The notes beneath the pieces are model-generated. The model was not told the origin of the DNA. It did not search any database and saw only the letters and a list, made by a program, of their open reading frames with translations. A stretch of 19,325 nucleotides of DNA from a virus: UHGV virus genome UHGV-0136548. One strand, given 5' to 3'. Below are positions 10,963 through 18,261 of the stretch, one piece after another. Both the position numbers and the translations under genes were made by a program. Each line of letters starts with the position of its first letter. The stretch's first letter is position 1.

Positions 10963-11049
10963 ATGAACACGGCATTCAAAATCATTATGGCCGCGATCTA
11001 TTTCTGGCTGTTCTCTATCACTTTTGGCGGCATCGTCGCGCATGGGTAA
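10963..11049 (+). CDS. candidate micro-ORF, 28-aa hydrophobic peptide
   Basis: MNTAFKIIMAAIYFWLFSITFGGIVAHG. ATG 7 nt after GGAGC; stop 9 nt before the next gene start. Below the ORF-track cutoff. Confidence 0.35.
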   Translation: MNTAFKIIMAAIYFWLFSITFGGIVAHG

Positions 11050-11058
11050 GGGGGATGC

Positions 11059-11787
11059 ATGAAAGGCGAAGTGAAAGAGCGCGGCATGATTTTCAACGAT
11101 GAGATGGTCCGAGCCATCCTCGAAGGAAGGAAAACGCAGACGCGGCGGATAATGAAAAATCAGCCTGCGGAAGTTGGTCCAGAAGCACCAGTGATGGTTA
11201 GGGAAATTGGTGCAGGTTTTCAGTGGTACGGGGCTGATGGTGTAAGCAGTGTTTTCAATTGCCCCTTTGGTATCGTCGGCGATCGAATTTGGGTTCGTGA
11301 AACATGGGCGATATTAGGCAATGAAGATGGTTGCAGTGTGGACTGGAACGACAACCTTTGTCGTGGCGATGAGAAGAACGCAGCAAGGATTTATCGGGCC
11401 AGTTGTGAGCAAAAACCTGGTGATTACGGCTTATGGTCGATACCCGATGATGCCGACTGGAAACCTCACACTGTGAATGAAAAGTTTGATGGTGGGTGGC
11501 GTCCATCAATTCACATGCCGCGATGGGCATCACGCATTCTGTTGGAAATTACCAACGTGCGCGTTGAACGGTTGAACGATATCAGCGAATGCGATGCAAG
11601 GGCTGAGGGCGTTCCGCCTGCTGGAAGTTTGCTTCCTGATCACCCGGGAACATTCCTTACTCCCAAGAGGGATTTCGCAATGGCCAAGGTTGCGTTCCAG
11701 CGCCTGTGGGAATCCATCTATGGTGAAGAAAGCTGGAACGCTAATCCCTGGGTGTGGGTAATCGAGTTTAAGCGCATTCAGGAATAA
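11059..11787 (+). CDS. conserved phage protein with ASCH/PUA-like N-terminal signature (tentative)
   Basis: 242 aa. Strong RBS AAGGGGGA. MIFNDEMVRAILEGRKTQTRR resembles a widespread phage N-terminal motif that I recall as ASCH-like. Confidence 0.45.
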   Translation: MKGEVKERGMIFNDEMVRAILEGRKTQTRRIMKNQPAEVGPEAPVMVREIGAGFQWYGADGVSSVFNCPFGIVGDRIWVRETWAILGNEDGCSVDWNDNLCRGDEKNAARIYRASCEQKPGDYGLWSIPDDADWKPHTVNEKFDGGWRPSIHMPRWASRILLEITNVRVERLNDISECDARAEGVPPAGSLLPDHPGTFLTPKRDFAMAKVAFQRLWESIYGEESWNANPWVWVIEFKRIQE

Positions 11788-11796
11788 ACCGTGAGT

Positions 11797-11874
11797 ATGC
11801 ATCAAATCGTCAGTTTTTCAGGTGGACGAGCATCGGCCTGTCTCGTTCATCTGTTCGAAGAGGTAGTGGCATGA
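11797..11874 (+). pseudogene. 25-codon ORF resembling the N-terminus of a PP-loop ATPase (possible gene remnant)
   Basis: MHQIVSFSGGRASACLVHLFEEVVA resembles the PP-loop start hVSxSGGKDS, with Ala in place of the Asp. Ends at a stop overlapping the next ATG. Confidence 0.25.
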
Positions 11875-12074
11875 CAATCGTAAAAACCCATACCGGCACC
11901 GTGATCACCAAAGACGGGCCGCAGGTAAAAAAACTGCACCAAACAGAGCGGATGTGGGTCGTCGGCAAAAATGAGTTTTACCACAAAGATACCGGACGCC
12001 GCCACTTTGCAGAAAATACGCGCCGTCGACTGCTGTTAGACACCATCAAGCCTATCGAGGTGAAGCATGTTTAA
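11871..12074 (+). CDS. hypothetical small protein (67 aa)
   Basis: ATG preceded by GAGG; ATGA overlap upstream; ends overlapping the next start. Confidence 0.45.
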   Translation: MTIVKTHTGTVITKDGPQVKKLHQTERMWVVGKNEFYHKDTGRRHFAENTRRRLLLDTIKPIEVKHV

Positions 12075-12306
12075 ACAGAACGAAAAAGCTATCGCTCAAA
12101 TTGCTGATTATATCCCGCGTGCGTGCCGGGGTATGCAGTTGCAGGAAGCCAAAGCGCGCCTGGAGAAAAAAATTGCGCTCTATATTGATGACGGCTGTGA
12201 TGCTGCCGTTCTTAACGCGGCGTTCGCACCAGCTCTTAACAGTCATACTCGGGAGTCTTTTTTTTCGTGCATCGAAGCGCAACTCCGCAAAGGAGGCAGC
12301 CAGTGA
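12067..12306 (+). CDS. hypothetical small protein (79 aa)
   Basis: ATG preceded by GAGGTG at 5 nt. Stop overlaps the next GTG start (GTGA). Confidence 0.45.
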   Translation: MFKQNEKAIAQIADYIPRACRGMQLQEAKARLEKKIALYIDDGCDAAVLNAAFAPALNSHTRESFFSCIEAQLRKGGSQ

Positions 12307-12851
12307 GCGAAATTAATTACCAGGCACTGCGTGAGGCGGCGGAACGTGCAATTCCAGCAATGGAACGCCTGTCAATATTGCCAGCTGATGATGATTTGTT
12401 AAGTGAACAGGAACTTAAAGATTACGGTGTGGATATTGATGCGCTCAACGCCTTCAAATTTCTGGCCGGACCAGAAACCGTGCTGGCACTACTGGATGAA
12501 CGGGAAAGAAACCAGCAATACATCAAAAGCCGTGACCAGGAGAACGAGGAGATTGCGCTAACGGTAGGGAAGCTGCGTGTTGAGCTGGAATCCGCAGAGA
12601 ACAACCTTATTGATAGTGAGTGCCATGTTGCTGAACTGGAAGAAGCGCTACGCGATAAGCAGGCGTTACTTGAAGCATCAGAGAAGCGCATAGCAGAACT
12701 GGAGGAGCGGGAAATACTGCTCCCGGAACGTAGCAGCATGCTTCATCGAACAGATTTTCACGATGATTACCAAACGGTAATGGCATACAAAGTTTCTGAA
12801 GTCATCGCTGCAATCCGCGCCGCAGGCATTCGCATCAAAGGAGGTGAGTAA
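12303..12851 (+). CDS. acidic coiled-coil protein (Ead/Ea22-like; tentative)
   Basis: Start chosen at GTG 12303 (strong AAGGAGG RBS 9 nt upstream) rather than the overlapping ATG 12267. Central EEALRDKQALLEASEKRIAELEERE coiled-coil. Confidence 0.45.
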   Translation: MSEINYQALREAAERAIPAMERLSILPADDDLLSEQELKDYGVDIDALNAFKFLAGPETVLALLDERERNQQYIKSRDQENEEIALTVGKLRVELESAENNLIDSECHVAELEEALRDKQALLEASEKRIAELEEREILLPERSSMLHRTDFHDDYQTVMAYKVSEVIAAIRAAGIRIKGGE

Positions 12852-13027
12852 TGCGTGTGGCATGTATCGGCTTGTTACCGTACCCGACTCGTTTTTGGGC
12901 TTCTGCGCTAATTGCAAAGCCGTATGTCCTGATGGCTGACAACATCATCCCGGCACCAAAGCGCCGCCATACCGGTATTGCAGCGGCACGACGAGCAGCA
13001 AAGAGACGCAGGAGAGCAAAGCGATGA
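12851..13027 (+). CDS. candidate small basic protein (58 aa)
   Basis: ATG overlaps the upstream stop (TAATG) and is preceded by GGAGGTGAG; Arg/Lys-rich C-terminus. Below the ORF-track cutoff. Confidence 0.35.
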   Translation: MRVACIGLLPYPTRFWASALIAKPYVLMADNIIPAPKRRHTGIAAARRAAKRRRRAKR

Positions 13028-13200
13028 AAAACCGTAAGGCAAAACGACTTTTTTTACAGCGACCTGTGCGTGTGGTGGAGCTGGTTATTAGCAACCATAA
13101 GATAGCGGTACTCCATCCATTTGGTCAGGTGGCTTTTGCCGCAAAGCGTAAGCCTACTGCGTCACAGAACAGGCGGAAGAAAGGGTACGCAGTAAGATGA
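13024..13200 (+). CDS. candidate small basic protein (58 aa) starting MKNRKAK
   Basis: ATGA overlap with the upstream ORF. First 20 nt nearly identical to the start of the next ORF. Confidence 0.35.
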   Translation: MKNRKAKRLFLQRPVRVVELVISNHKIAVLHPFGQVAFAAKRKPTASQNRRKKGYAVR

Positions 13201-13385
13201 AAAACCGTAAAGCAAAGATTCTGTTAGTTCGTAGAAACGCTCCTGGCGTCTGGCAGTGGGTGAGACTCAGCAACCGACGGATGGGGTTGATGAAATATTA
13301 CGGGATGATGGATTGTGGTTTTTGCAAAAAGCCCAGCGCGGCGCAAAACCGCTGGAAAAACCATTTGCGCACTAAAGGAGAGTGA
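13197..13385 (+). CDS. small basic protein (62 aa) starting MKNRKAK
   Basis: ORF-track entry; ATGA overlap upstream; contains a CGFC motif. Confidence 0.4.
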   Translation: MKNRKAKILLVRRNAPGVWQWVRLSNRRMGLMKYYGMMDCGFCKKPSAAQNRWKNHLRTKGE

Positions 13386-13386
13386 T

Positions 13387-13902
13387 ATGGCGTTAACACA
13401 CCGCGAACTCTGTCAAATTGCGTACAAGTTCCTTAAGCGCAACGGGTTCAAGGTTTGTTTTCATGACCGCTTTATAGCTGTAACCAGTACCGGAGAACAG
13501 CCAGATGCTACGGGGTTCAGAAATTCAGCATCATGCCTGATAGAGGCGAAGTGTTCTCGTGCTGACTTGTTGGCAGATAGAAAAAAGCGTTTCCGTAAAA
13601 ATCCCTCACTTGGCATGGGCGACTGGCGATTCTTTATTAGTGAGCCGGGAATTATTTCAATTGAGGATTTACCACCTGGCTGGGGATTACTTCACGTTGT
13701 TAACGGAAGAGTACGGAAAGTACATGGGTGGCCCAAGGGTAATTGCTGTTGGGGTAATCCTGACGATAAGCCATTTACTGGAAATAAGCAGGTTGAATGC
13801 GATTACATGTTATCTGCATTAAGGCGCATGGAGTTGAGAGGGCACCTTAATGAAATATATGACGGTGTAATTGTTAATAAGAAAGAAGGAAACGCGGCAT
13901 GA
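13387..13902 (+). CDS. PD-(D/E)xK-fold protein (MmcB-like; tentative)
   Basis: Start at ATG 13387 with strong AAGGAG RBS. PDATGF...CLIEAKCSRADLL fits a D...ExK nuclease-like core. Confidence 0.45.
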   Translation: MALTHRELCQIAYKFLKRNGFKVCFHDRFIAVTSTGEQPDATGFRNSASCLIEAKCSRADLLADRKKRFRKNPSLGMGDWRFFISEPGIISIEDLPPGWGLLHVVNGRVRKVHGWPKGNCCWGNPDDKPFTGNKQVECDYMLSALRRMELRGHLNEIYDGVIVNKKEGNAA

Positions 13903-14783
13903 TCACTATTACCAAAGAGCGACTACTGACAATCAAGCAGTGGCGCGAAACATACGGACCTGGTAGCAACGTTGTACTGCCAGCAGAAGAAGCGGAAGAA
14001 CTGGCACGAATTGCTCTGGCATCGCTGGAAGCAGAACCAGTTGCTTATATTTTCAAACATCCGGCCGGGAAATTATTCTGGGCTTTAACGGATGAAAGCA
14101 ATAAAGAGCAACCGGACGTTATTCCTGTTTATGCTGACTCACCTGCGCCGGTTGTGCCGGATGAAATAGACGTAAACGATGTACCAAGGGCGGTGACATA
14201 TTTCAAGACACACAGAGATTGTTACGCAGATGGCTGGAACGCCTGCCGCGCCGCCATGCTTCAGTCCGGAAACTTTCGGGAAAACAAGAATTCGTCAACC
14301 AATAATTTTCGGGAAATCGCGGAAACGTCAACCAACTATCCGGTAATTCCTAGTGAGGTGTTGTCCGCAATCCGGGAGGTTGCCAAGATTCGTGCCGATT
14401 TCGATGATTTTGACGGTGACAGGCGAGGTATCGGTGATTGTCTGGATGAGGCCGAGCAAGAGCTTATCGTTACCATTAACAAATATGCCAGTCAGTTGGC
14501 AGCAGAACCTATAGCGCCTAATGACGTTCGAGAGCAGACAGCCATTCCGCAAGTTCCGGTAACTCCGGATGGTTGGATAAGCTGTAGTGAGCGAATGCCG
14601 AATACCAAAACAGCCGTTCTTGTTGCCGTGGAGTTTGACAGGAAAGGTGACTGGCGAATGAAATGGGCTACTTACATCCCGGGGCATCCTGACGCTAATG
14701 ATGGGTGGATAATTCCTGGTGCGTCGTGGAAACCGTCACACTGGATGCCGCTACCAGAACCGCCGCAGGAGGTGAATCAATGA
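13899..14783 (+). CDS. phage protein with C-terminal DUF551-like domain
   Basis: 294 aa. C-terminus GWISCSERMP...VLVAVEF...W...GWIIPGASWKPSHWMPLPEPP is the typical DUF551 pattern. ATGA overlap upstream. Confidence 0.55.
   Translation: MITITKERLLTIKQWRETYGPGSNVVLPAEEAEELARIALASLEAEPVAYIFKHPAGKLFWALTDESNKEQPDVIPVYADSPAPVVPDEIDVNDVPRAVTYFKTHRDCYADGWNACRAAMLQSGNFRENKNSSTNNFREIAETSTNYPVIPSEVLSAIREVAKIRADFDDFDGDRRGIGDCLDEAEQELIVTINKYASQLAAEPIAPNDVREQTAIPQVPVTPDGWISCSERMPNTKTAVLVAVEFDRKGDWRMKWATYIPGHPDANDGWIIPGASWKPSHWMPLPEPPQEVNQ
14271..14339. repeat. two-copy imperfect 33-bp tandem repeat inside the DUF551 gene
   Basis: TTTCGGGAAA at 14274 and 14307, CGTCAACCAA at 14293 and 14326, both 33 bp apart. 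Encodes NFRENKNSSTN / NFREIAETSTN. Confidence 0.6.
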
Positions 14784-14863
14784 GCTGGCCTGAAGCATTC
14801 ACCACGGTAGGAATTGTGATGGCGGCAGCACTGGGTTTGTATTCAATTTGTCGCTGGTGGTAA
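14780..14863 (+). CDS. candidate micro-ORF, 27-aa hydrophobic peptide
   Basis: MSWPEAFTTVGIVMAAALGLYSICRWW. Strong SD AGGAGGTG 6 nt upstream; ATGA overlap with the DUF551 gene stop. Below the ORF-track cutoff. Confidence 0.4.
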   Translation: MSWPEAFTTVGIVMAAALGLYSICRWW

Positions 14864-14865
14864 CG

Positions 14866-15099
14866 ATGGGAAAAATAACTTTTGTAGTCGAATTTGAGGA
14901 TGGTAAAGAGCCACCTGTTAGCGCCAATCTTGATGTTGCTGGTGGCAGGCTTGTTTCGGTTCTATTTGGTGACTACCGAGATGATTTCTTCCAACCAGAA
15001 GAAGTTGATGTGGTGCGAGAGGCATTAAACGAGTTAAGTGTTGATAACGATGATGCTCATGCGGAAATCATCCAAAAAATGGAACTGCTAACTCACTAA
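14866..15099 (+). CDS. hypothetical small acidic protein (77 aa)
   Basis: ATG 14866 (MGKITFVVEFEDG) chosen over the upstream in-frame ATG 14848, which overlaps the micro-ORF. Confidence 0.45.
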   Translation: MGKITFVVEFEDGKEPPVSANLDVAGGRLVSVLFGDYRDDFFQPEEVDVVREALNELSVDNDDAHAEIIQKMELLTH

Positions 15100-15147
15100 A
15101 TTATCAATTATGGTGCTATCACCTACGACACCGAGAGAAAATTTATA

Positions 15148-15270
15148 ATGTCAAAAGTAAATGTTTTGATTTTTTCAGTAATTGTAGGTTTTGGTTTTTC
15201 TGCTGGAGTGCATATTTATATTACGTGGGAAAAAATCATCAACTACGTATGGAGTTGTTTTATTAAGTGA
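15148..15270 (+). CDS. candidate micro-ORF, 40-aa hydrophobic peptide
   Basis: MSKVNVLIFSVIVGFGFSAGVHIYITWEKIINYVWSCFIK. Stop 7 nt before the next start; AT-rich context. Below the ORF-track cutoff. Confidence 0.35.
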   Translation: MSKVNVLIFSVIVGFGFSAGVHIYITWEKIINYVWSCFIK

Positions 15271-15277
15271 GGTAAGT

Positions 15278-15571
15278 ATGTGGAGAGGTAATAGTCATGG
15301 CAAAAGCCAGATGATACTTACCGAATATCAGTTTGACCATAAAACCAATAAATCACGTTCAGTATATTTGCTTCGGCACAATAGCCGCGTAAGGAATACC
15401 GTGCTGGAACAAAATCTGACAGTTGAAATAGATAATTACGGGGGCTTCAAGCCAACAATTTCGCTTGATGATTTTCCTCGTGGTTTAAGCGAAAGAGAAG
15501 CAATGCTGAAATTAGCAGAATGGCTACAAAGATTAAGCATTGCTATTGAAGATAACTGGTCTGAACCTTAA
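15278..15571 (+). CDS. hypothetical protein (97 aa) in low-GC island
   Basis: ATG 15278 with GAGG 8 nt upstream, in frame with the longer track ORF 15191..15571 that overlaps the micro-ORF. Confidence 0.45.
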   Translation: MWRGNSHGKSQMILTEYQFDHKTNKSRSVYLLRHNSRVRNTVLEQNLTVEIDNYGGFKPTISLDDFPRGLSEREAMLKLAEWLQRLSIAIEDNWSEP

Positions 15572-15577
15572 ATTTAT

Positions 15578-15952
15578 ATGATGACACTAAAACATTTTCT
15601 TGACCGCCCATTATGGGCGGCAGCCGCAGGCTATGACTTTAATTATATGGATTGCATGTCTTATACTGCCAATGCATACGACCATGCGTTCAGCCTGCTG
15701 TTTAATTCTTTAAGAATATTGCCGGAAACAGAAGTTGGAGAGCTTCATTTATGGATATTGAGCTTTATCGCGGCAGTCGTTGGTATTGCTGTATGGCCTT
15801 TTATTTTCTGGCTGGTGGCTGTTGTAGTGTGGTTTAAGTGCAAGACATACCGGAGAAAGTATTTCTTAGGTGATGGAATGACCGATATTGCCAAAATGAA
15901 CATTGAAAAATGGACTAAGGAATGTGAAAAGAAATGGCGCAAAAAGAAATGA
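15578..15952 (+). CDS. small membrane protein (124 aa) with hydrophobic segment and Lys-rich C-terminus
   Basis: LWILSFIAAVVGIAVWPFIFWLVAVVVWF is a predicted transmembrane hairpin; C-terminus KKWRKKK. Start is uncertain: a GC-rich hairpin sits at 15606-15622. Confidence 0.5.
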   Translation: MMTLKHFLDRPLWAAAAGYDFNYMDCMSYTANAYDHAFSLLFNSLRILPETEVGELHLWILSFIAAVVGIAVWPFIFWLVAVVVWFKCKTYRRKYFLGDGMTDIAKMNIEKWTKECEKKWRKKK

Positions 15953-16866
15953 CCAGAATCACTGAAGAGCGTATATCAGAGATTATTTCCCGTATCGAAA
16001 TGTATGGTCACGGTGCTGGATATACGGCAGATGAAGTATTGGCACTTGCCCAAATGGCTTTGGCGGCTTGCAAAGATGATAAAAAAATGAAGCTTATCGA
16101 CTTGTTAGTGAAGGAGCTGCCTAAGTGCGGCGGGTGGCCTGATGGAATGAGTTATTGTTACCTACCCAGTGTCAATTTAATGGCACCATGCGCGACTTTT
16201 GCTTTTGGCTCAGACCACAAAAAAGACACTTTCTTTGGGCGCAATTTTTGTTGTGAGATTGAGCTTCCAATTGGTGACCTTGATAGCGATGAATACCAGT
16301 CAGTTGTCACTCGCGAACAATACGAATCAGCTCTCATAGCGTCGCAGAAAGTCGAGTTCAATGGTGATGAACTTGAAAGTAAGACTTACAGGTTGGATTT
16401 TGGGCAATGGCTGGAACAGCAACGCGGGAAAATCGATGTGGACTGTGGTTGTGTGTCCACTGAAACATTCATGCACTGGCTGCGGGTAGCTTACGAGGCT
16501 GGCAACTATCCGGATATTCCGGATAGTTCGGTGCCAGGGCCAGGAAAGGGCGTCACCGGTGAACGTATCCGCATTAAACCGCATGTTTATCGCGAACTGG
16601 TTAACCGTCTCCACGATACAGCGATCAAGTGTGCTGGCACCCAGCAATTACGAGAAAGAATTAGCCGTGTTTTGGGCGACGTTATTACACCAGATCATCA
16701 TAAACAAGCCGAGAAAAGTGGCCTGGAAAGGTGTCACCTTGAGGCGGCATTAAACATTAAGCCGGGGCATACGCTTGGCATTATTGATGCACTATTGGTT
16801 CATAAGATGGCCAGGGCTTTATTGCCGCTGGTGGATGCTGGCGATACAAGCGAGGGTGAAGTATGA
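15934..16866 (+). CDS. hypothetical protein (310 aa), Cys-containing
   Basis: Long ORF overlapping its neighbours at both ends by a few nt. No family recognised. Confidence 0.5.
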   Translation: MAQKEMTRITEERISEIISRIEMYGHGAGYTADEVLALAQMALAACKDDKKMKLIDLLVKELPKCGGWPDGMSYCYLPSVNLMAPCATFAFGSDHKKDTFFGRNFCCEIELPIGDLDSDEYQSVVTREQYESALIASQKVEFNGDELESKTYRLDFGQWLEQQRGKIDVDCGCVSTETFMHWLRVAYEAGNYPDIPDSSVPGPGKGVTGERIRIKPHVYRELVNRLHDTAIKCAGTQQLRERISRVLGDVITPDHHKQAEKSGLERCHLEAALNIKPGHTLGIIDALLVHKMARALLPLVDAGDTSEGEV

Positions 16867-17225
16867 GAGTTGCAGATCACATCAAACACCTTGAAAGAAT
16901 TATCGAAAACGGTGAACTCTTAAGAGATCAGATGAGACGCACGGCAGAAGTCAGAGAGGCGATAATCCGCAGTCAGGCTGGTAAATTAAAGCAATTATCA
17001 GAGATTAACGCGCTATACAAGAACAGACGTAACCGGGCGGCGCTGCGGCTTCAGAAAGCACGTAATGAAATTAAATTGGTGGAGCCAAAACTGAAAAAAC
17101 AGATTCAGCGTTACGATCAGCAAGATGCTTTTTATGCCGCCATCAAGGCGGCTGCTAATGAAATAGGCATCTGGAAGTTGCTGGTGGAGAAAGCAAAGAC
17201 GAAGTTAAATGCCAACGAAAGCTGA
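16863..17225 (+). CDS. hypothetical coiled-coil protein (120 aa)
   Basis: ATGA overlap upstream with GAGGGTG RBS; Lys/Arg/Glu-rich helical sequence. Confidence 0.5.
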   Translation: MRVADHIKHLERIIENGELLRDQMRRTAEVREAIIRSQAGKLKQLSEINALYKNRRNRAALRLQKARNEIKLVEPKLKKQIQRYDQQDAFYAAIKAAANEIGIWKLLVEKAKTKLNANES

Positions 17226-17299
17226 ACTACAGGTACCCACCAGCACATACAGAAAATGATTGTTTCCACATCAAGGAGATTTTAATGTTTCACTGAACA

Positions 17300-17437
17300 T
17301 TAAGTAAGCCAGTGCATAATTCCATTTTTTACTGACCTTAAAAGCAAAATCAAAACGATGATGAGGATGATCGCCAGAATCTGGCTAATAACAGGCGCAT
17401 CTAAAAATGCACTCAGGAACTGAAAAAAAGCAGTCAT
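17300..17437 (-). CDS. candidate 45-aa hydrophobic peptide (type I toxin-like or small membrane protein)
   Basis: MTAFFQFLSAFLDAPVISQILAIILIIVLILLLRSVKNGIMHWLT. AAGGA about 9 nt upstream on the minus strand. Sits in an otherwise ORF-poor 660-bp region. Confidence 0.3.
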   Translation of the reverse strand: MTAFFQFLSAFLDAPVISQILAIILIIVLILLLRSVKNGIMHWLT

Positions 17438-17479
17438 TAAGGTGGTTCCTTGTCAAATGTAAAGGAGCACTTGCTCACG

Positions 17480-17508
17480 TTGACGTAGAAACCCAACCCC
17501 TATATAGT
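17480..17508 (+). promoter_or_regulatory. near-consensus sigma70 promoter (TTGACG-17 bp-TATAGT)
   Basis: -35 at 17480-17485, -10 at 17503-17508. Flanked by a 9-bp inverted repeat GCTCACGTT (17473-17481) / AACGTGAGC (17535-17543). Confidence 0.4.
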
Positions 17509-17598
17509 TGGATTCGGTGAAAGAAAGTCGTTAACGTGAGCTTACGGCACATGTTTTCGGAACAACATCAGGGAACGGCTAATTCCTTGATGCGGATG

Positions 17599-17617
17599 GG
17601 GTCTGTAATGCAGACCC
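17599..17617 (+). other. stem-loop about 100 nt downstream of the predicted promoter
   Basis: GGGTCTG-taatg-CAGACCC, 7-bp stem. No clean U-tract follows. Confidence 0.35.
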
Positions 17618-17886
17618 TATCTATTAACGTCATGATTGCATCTCAAATTTTCTCCTTATCTTCATTAATCAAAATTCATTTCATTTGTGAAACATCACAA
17701 TATTTAGAAAATGGCCCTCTTGCAAGTGCATAACTTTGTGGATAAATCAGGAAGAAAAAAGTTGATTCTGCGCACGGCAAGGCAGATAAGCTGTGCACAA
17801 AAATCAATGGGAAAAGAAAAAAAATTAAAAGTTACTTTGCTGGTTAAATAATAGTCGTTACGCAATTGTTCTGGATGGGATTTGAT

Positions 17887-18138
17887 ATGCACGATTGGAA
17901 TATTGCAGCTAAAAGTCAGGAAGAACGGGATAAGGTTAACGTTGATCTGGCTGCCAGCGGTGTGGCGTACAAAGAGCGATTGAACATACCTGTCATAGCT
18001 GAACAGGTAGCCCGCGAGCAACCAGAGAATCTGCGCACCTATTTCATGGAACGGTTACGGCACTATCGGCAGTTAAGCCTCCAGTTGCCAAAAGGGAGCG
18101 ATCCGGTGTATCAGAACGAGGATGCACCAAAAAAATAA
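17887..18138 (+). CDS. hot: homolog of DNA polymerase III theta subunit (HolE-like)
   Basis: [36 protein letters not shown] aligns closely with my recollection of E. coli HolE ([36 protein letters not shown]). Start set at ATG 17887; the track's longer ORF begins at TTG 17866. Confidence 0.8.
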   Translation: MHDWNIAAKSQEERDKVNVDLAASGVAYKERLNIPVIAEQVAREQPENLRTYFMERLRHYRQLSLQLPKGSDPVYQNEDAPKK

Positions 18139-18223
18139 CGGCAAGATGGGGGAGAAATGTGATTAGCCCCCAGCGTGGCGCGCCTACAAACCCCGCTTTC
18201 ACAAACTATGCCTTTTCAATGTA

Positions 18224-18243
18224 TACTGTATGAATAAACAGTA
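18224..18243 (+). promoter_or_regulatory. LexA (SOS) box upstream of humD
   Basis: TACTGTATGAATAAACAGTA is a perfect CTGT-N8-ACAG palindrome, 19 nt upstream of the humD start. Confidence 0.8.
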
Positions 18244-18261
18244 TCATTGAGGTAAAACGCT

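Noticed and set aside
12422-12739. 105-aa Ser-rich minus-strand ORF
   Set aside because: Antisense to the acidic coiled-coil gene (GAG/GAA repeats give Ser/Leu-rich antisense frames); no start context.
14271-14339. 33-bp tandem repeat as plasmid iterons or a partition site
   Set aside because: Does not resemble the P1 RepA iteron or parS motifs as I recall them, has only two copies, and lies in frame within a coding region.
15606-15622. GC-rich hairpin CCGCCCA-tta-TGGGCGG as a terminator
   Set aside because: Not followed by a T-run and lies within the likely N-terminal coding region of the membrane protein. More likely affects start-site choice or is incidental.
17536-17733. 65-aa plus-strand ORF with GTG start in the large non-coding region
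   Set aside because: Weak RBS, non-ATG start and odd composition. The promoter-plus-hairpin arrangement is better explained by a non-coding transcript or leader, though translation is not excluded.
17704-18021. 105-aa minus-strand ORF overlapping hot
   Set aside because: Antisense to a gene with clear HolE homology; AT-rich with no RBS.
17226-18223. Additional LexA boxes upstream of hot or elsewhere
   Set aside because: No other CTGT-N8-ACAG palindrome found by eye; only the humD box at 18224-18243 fits.
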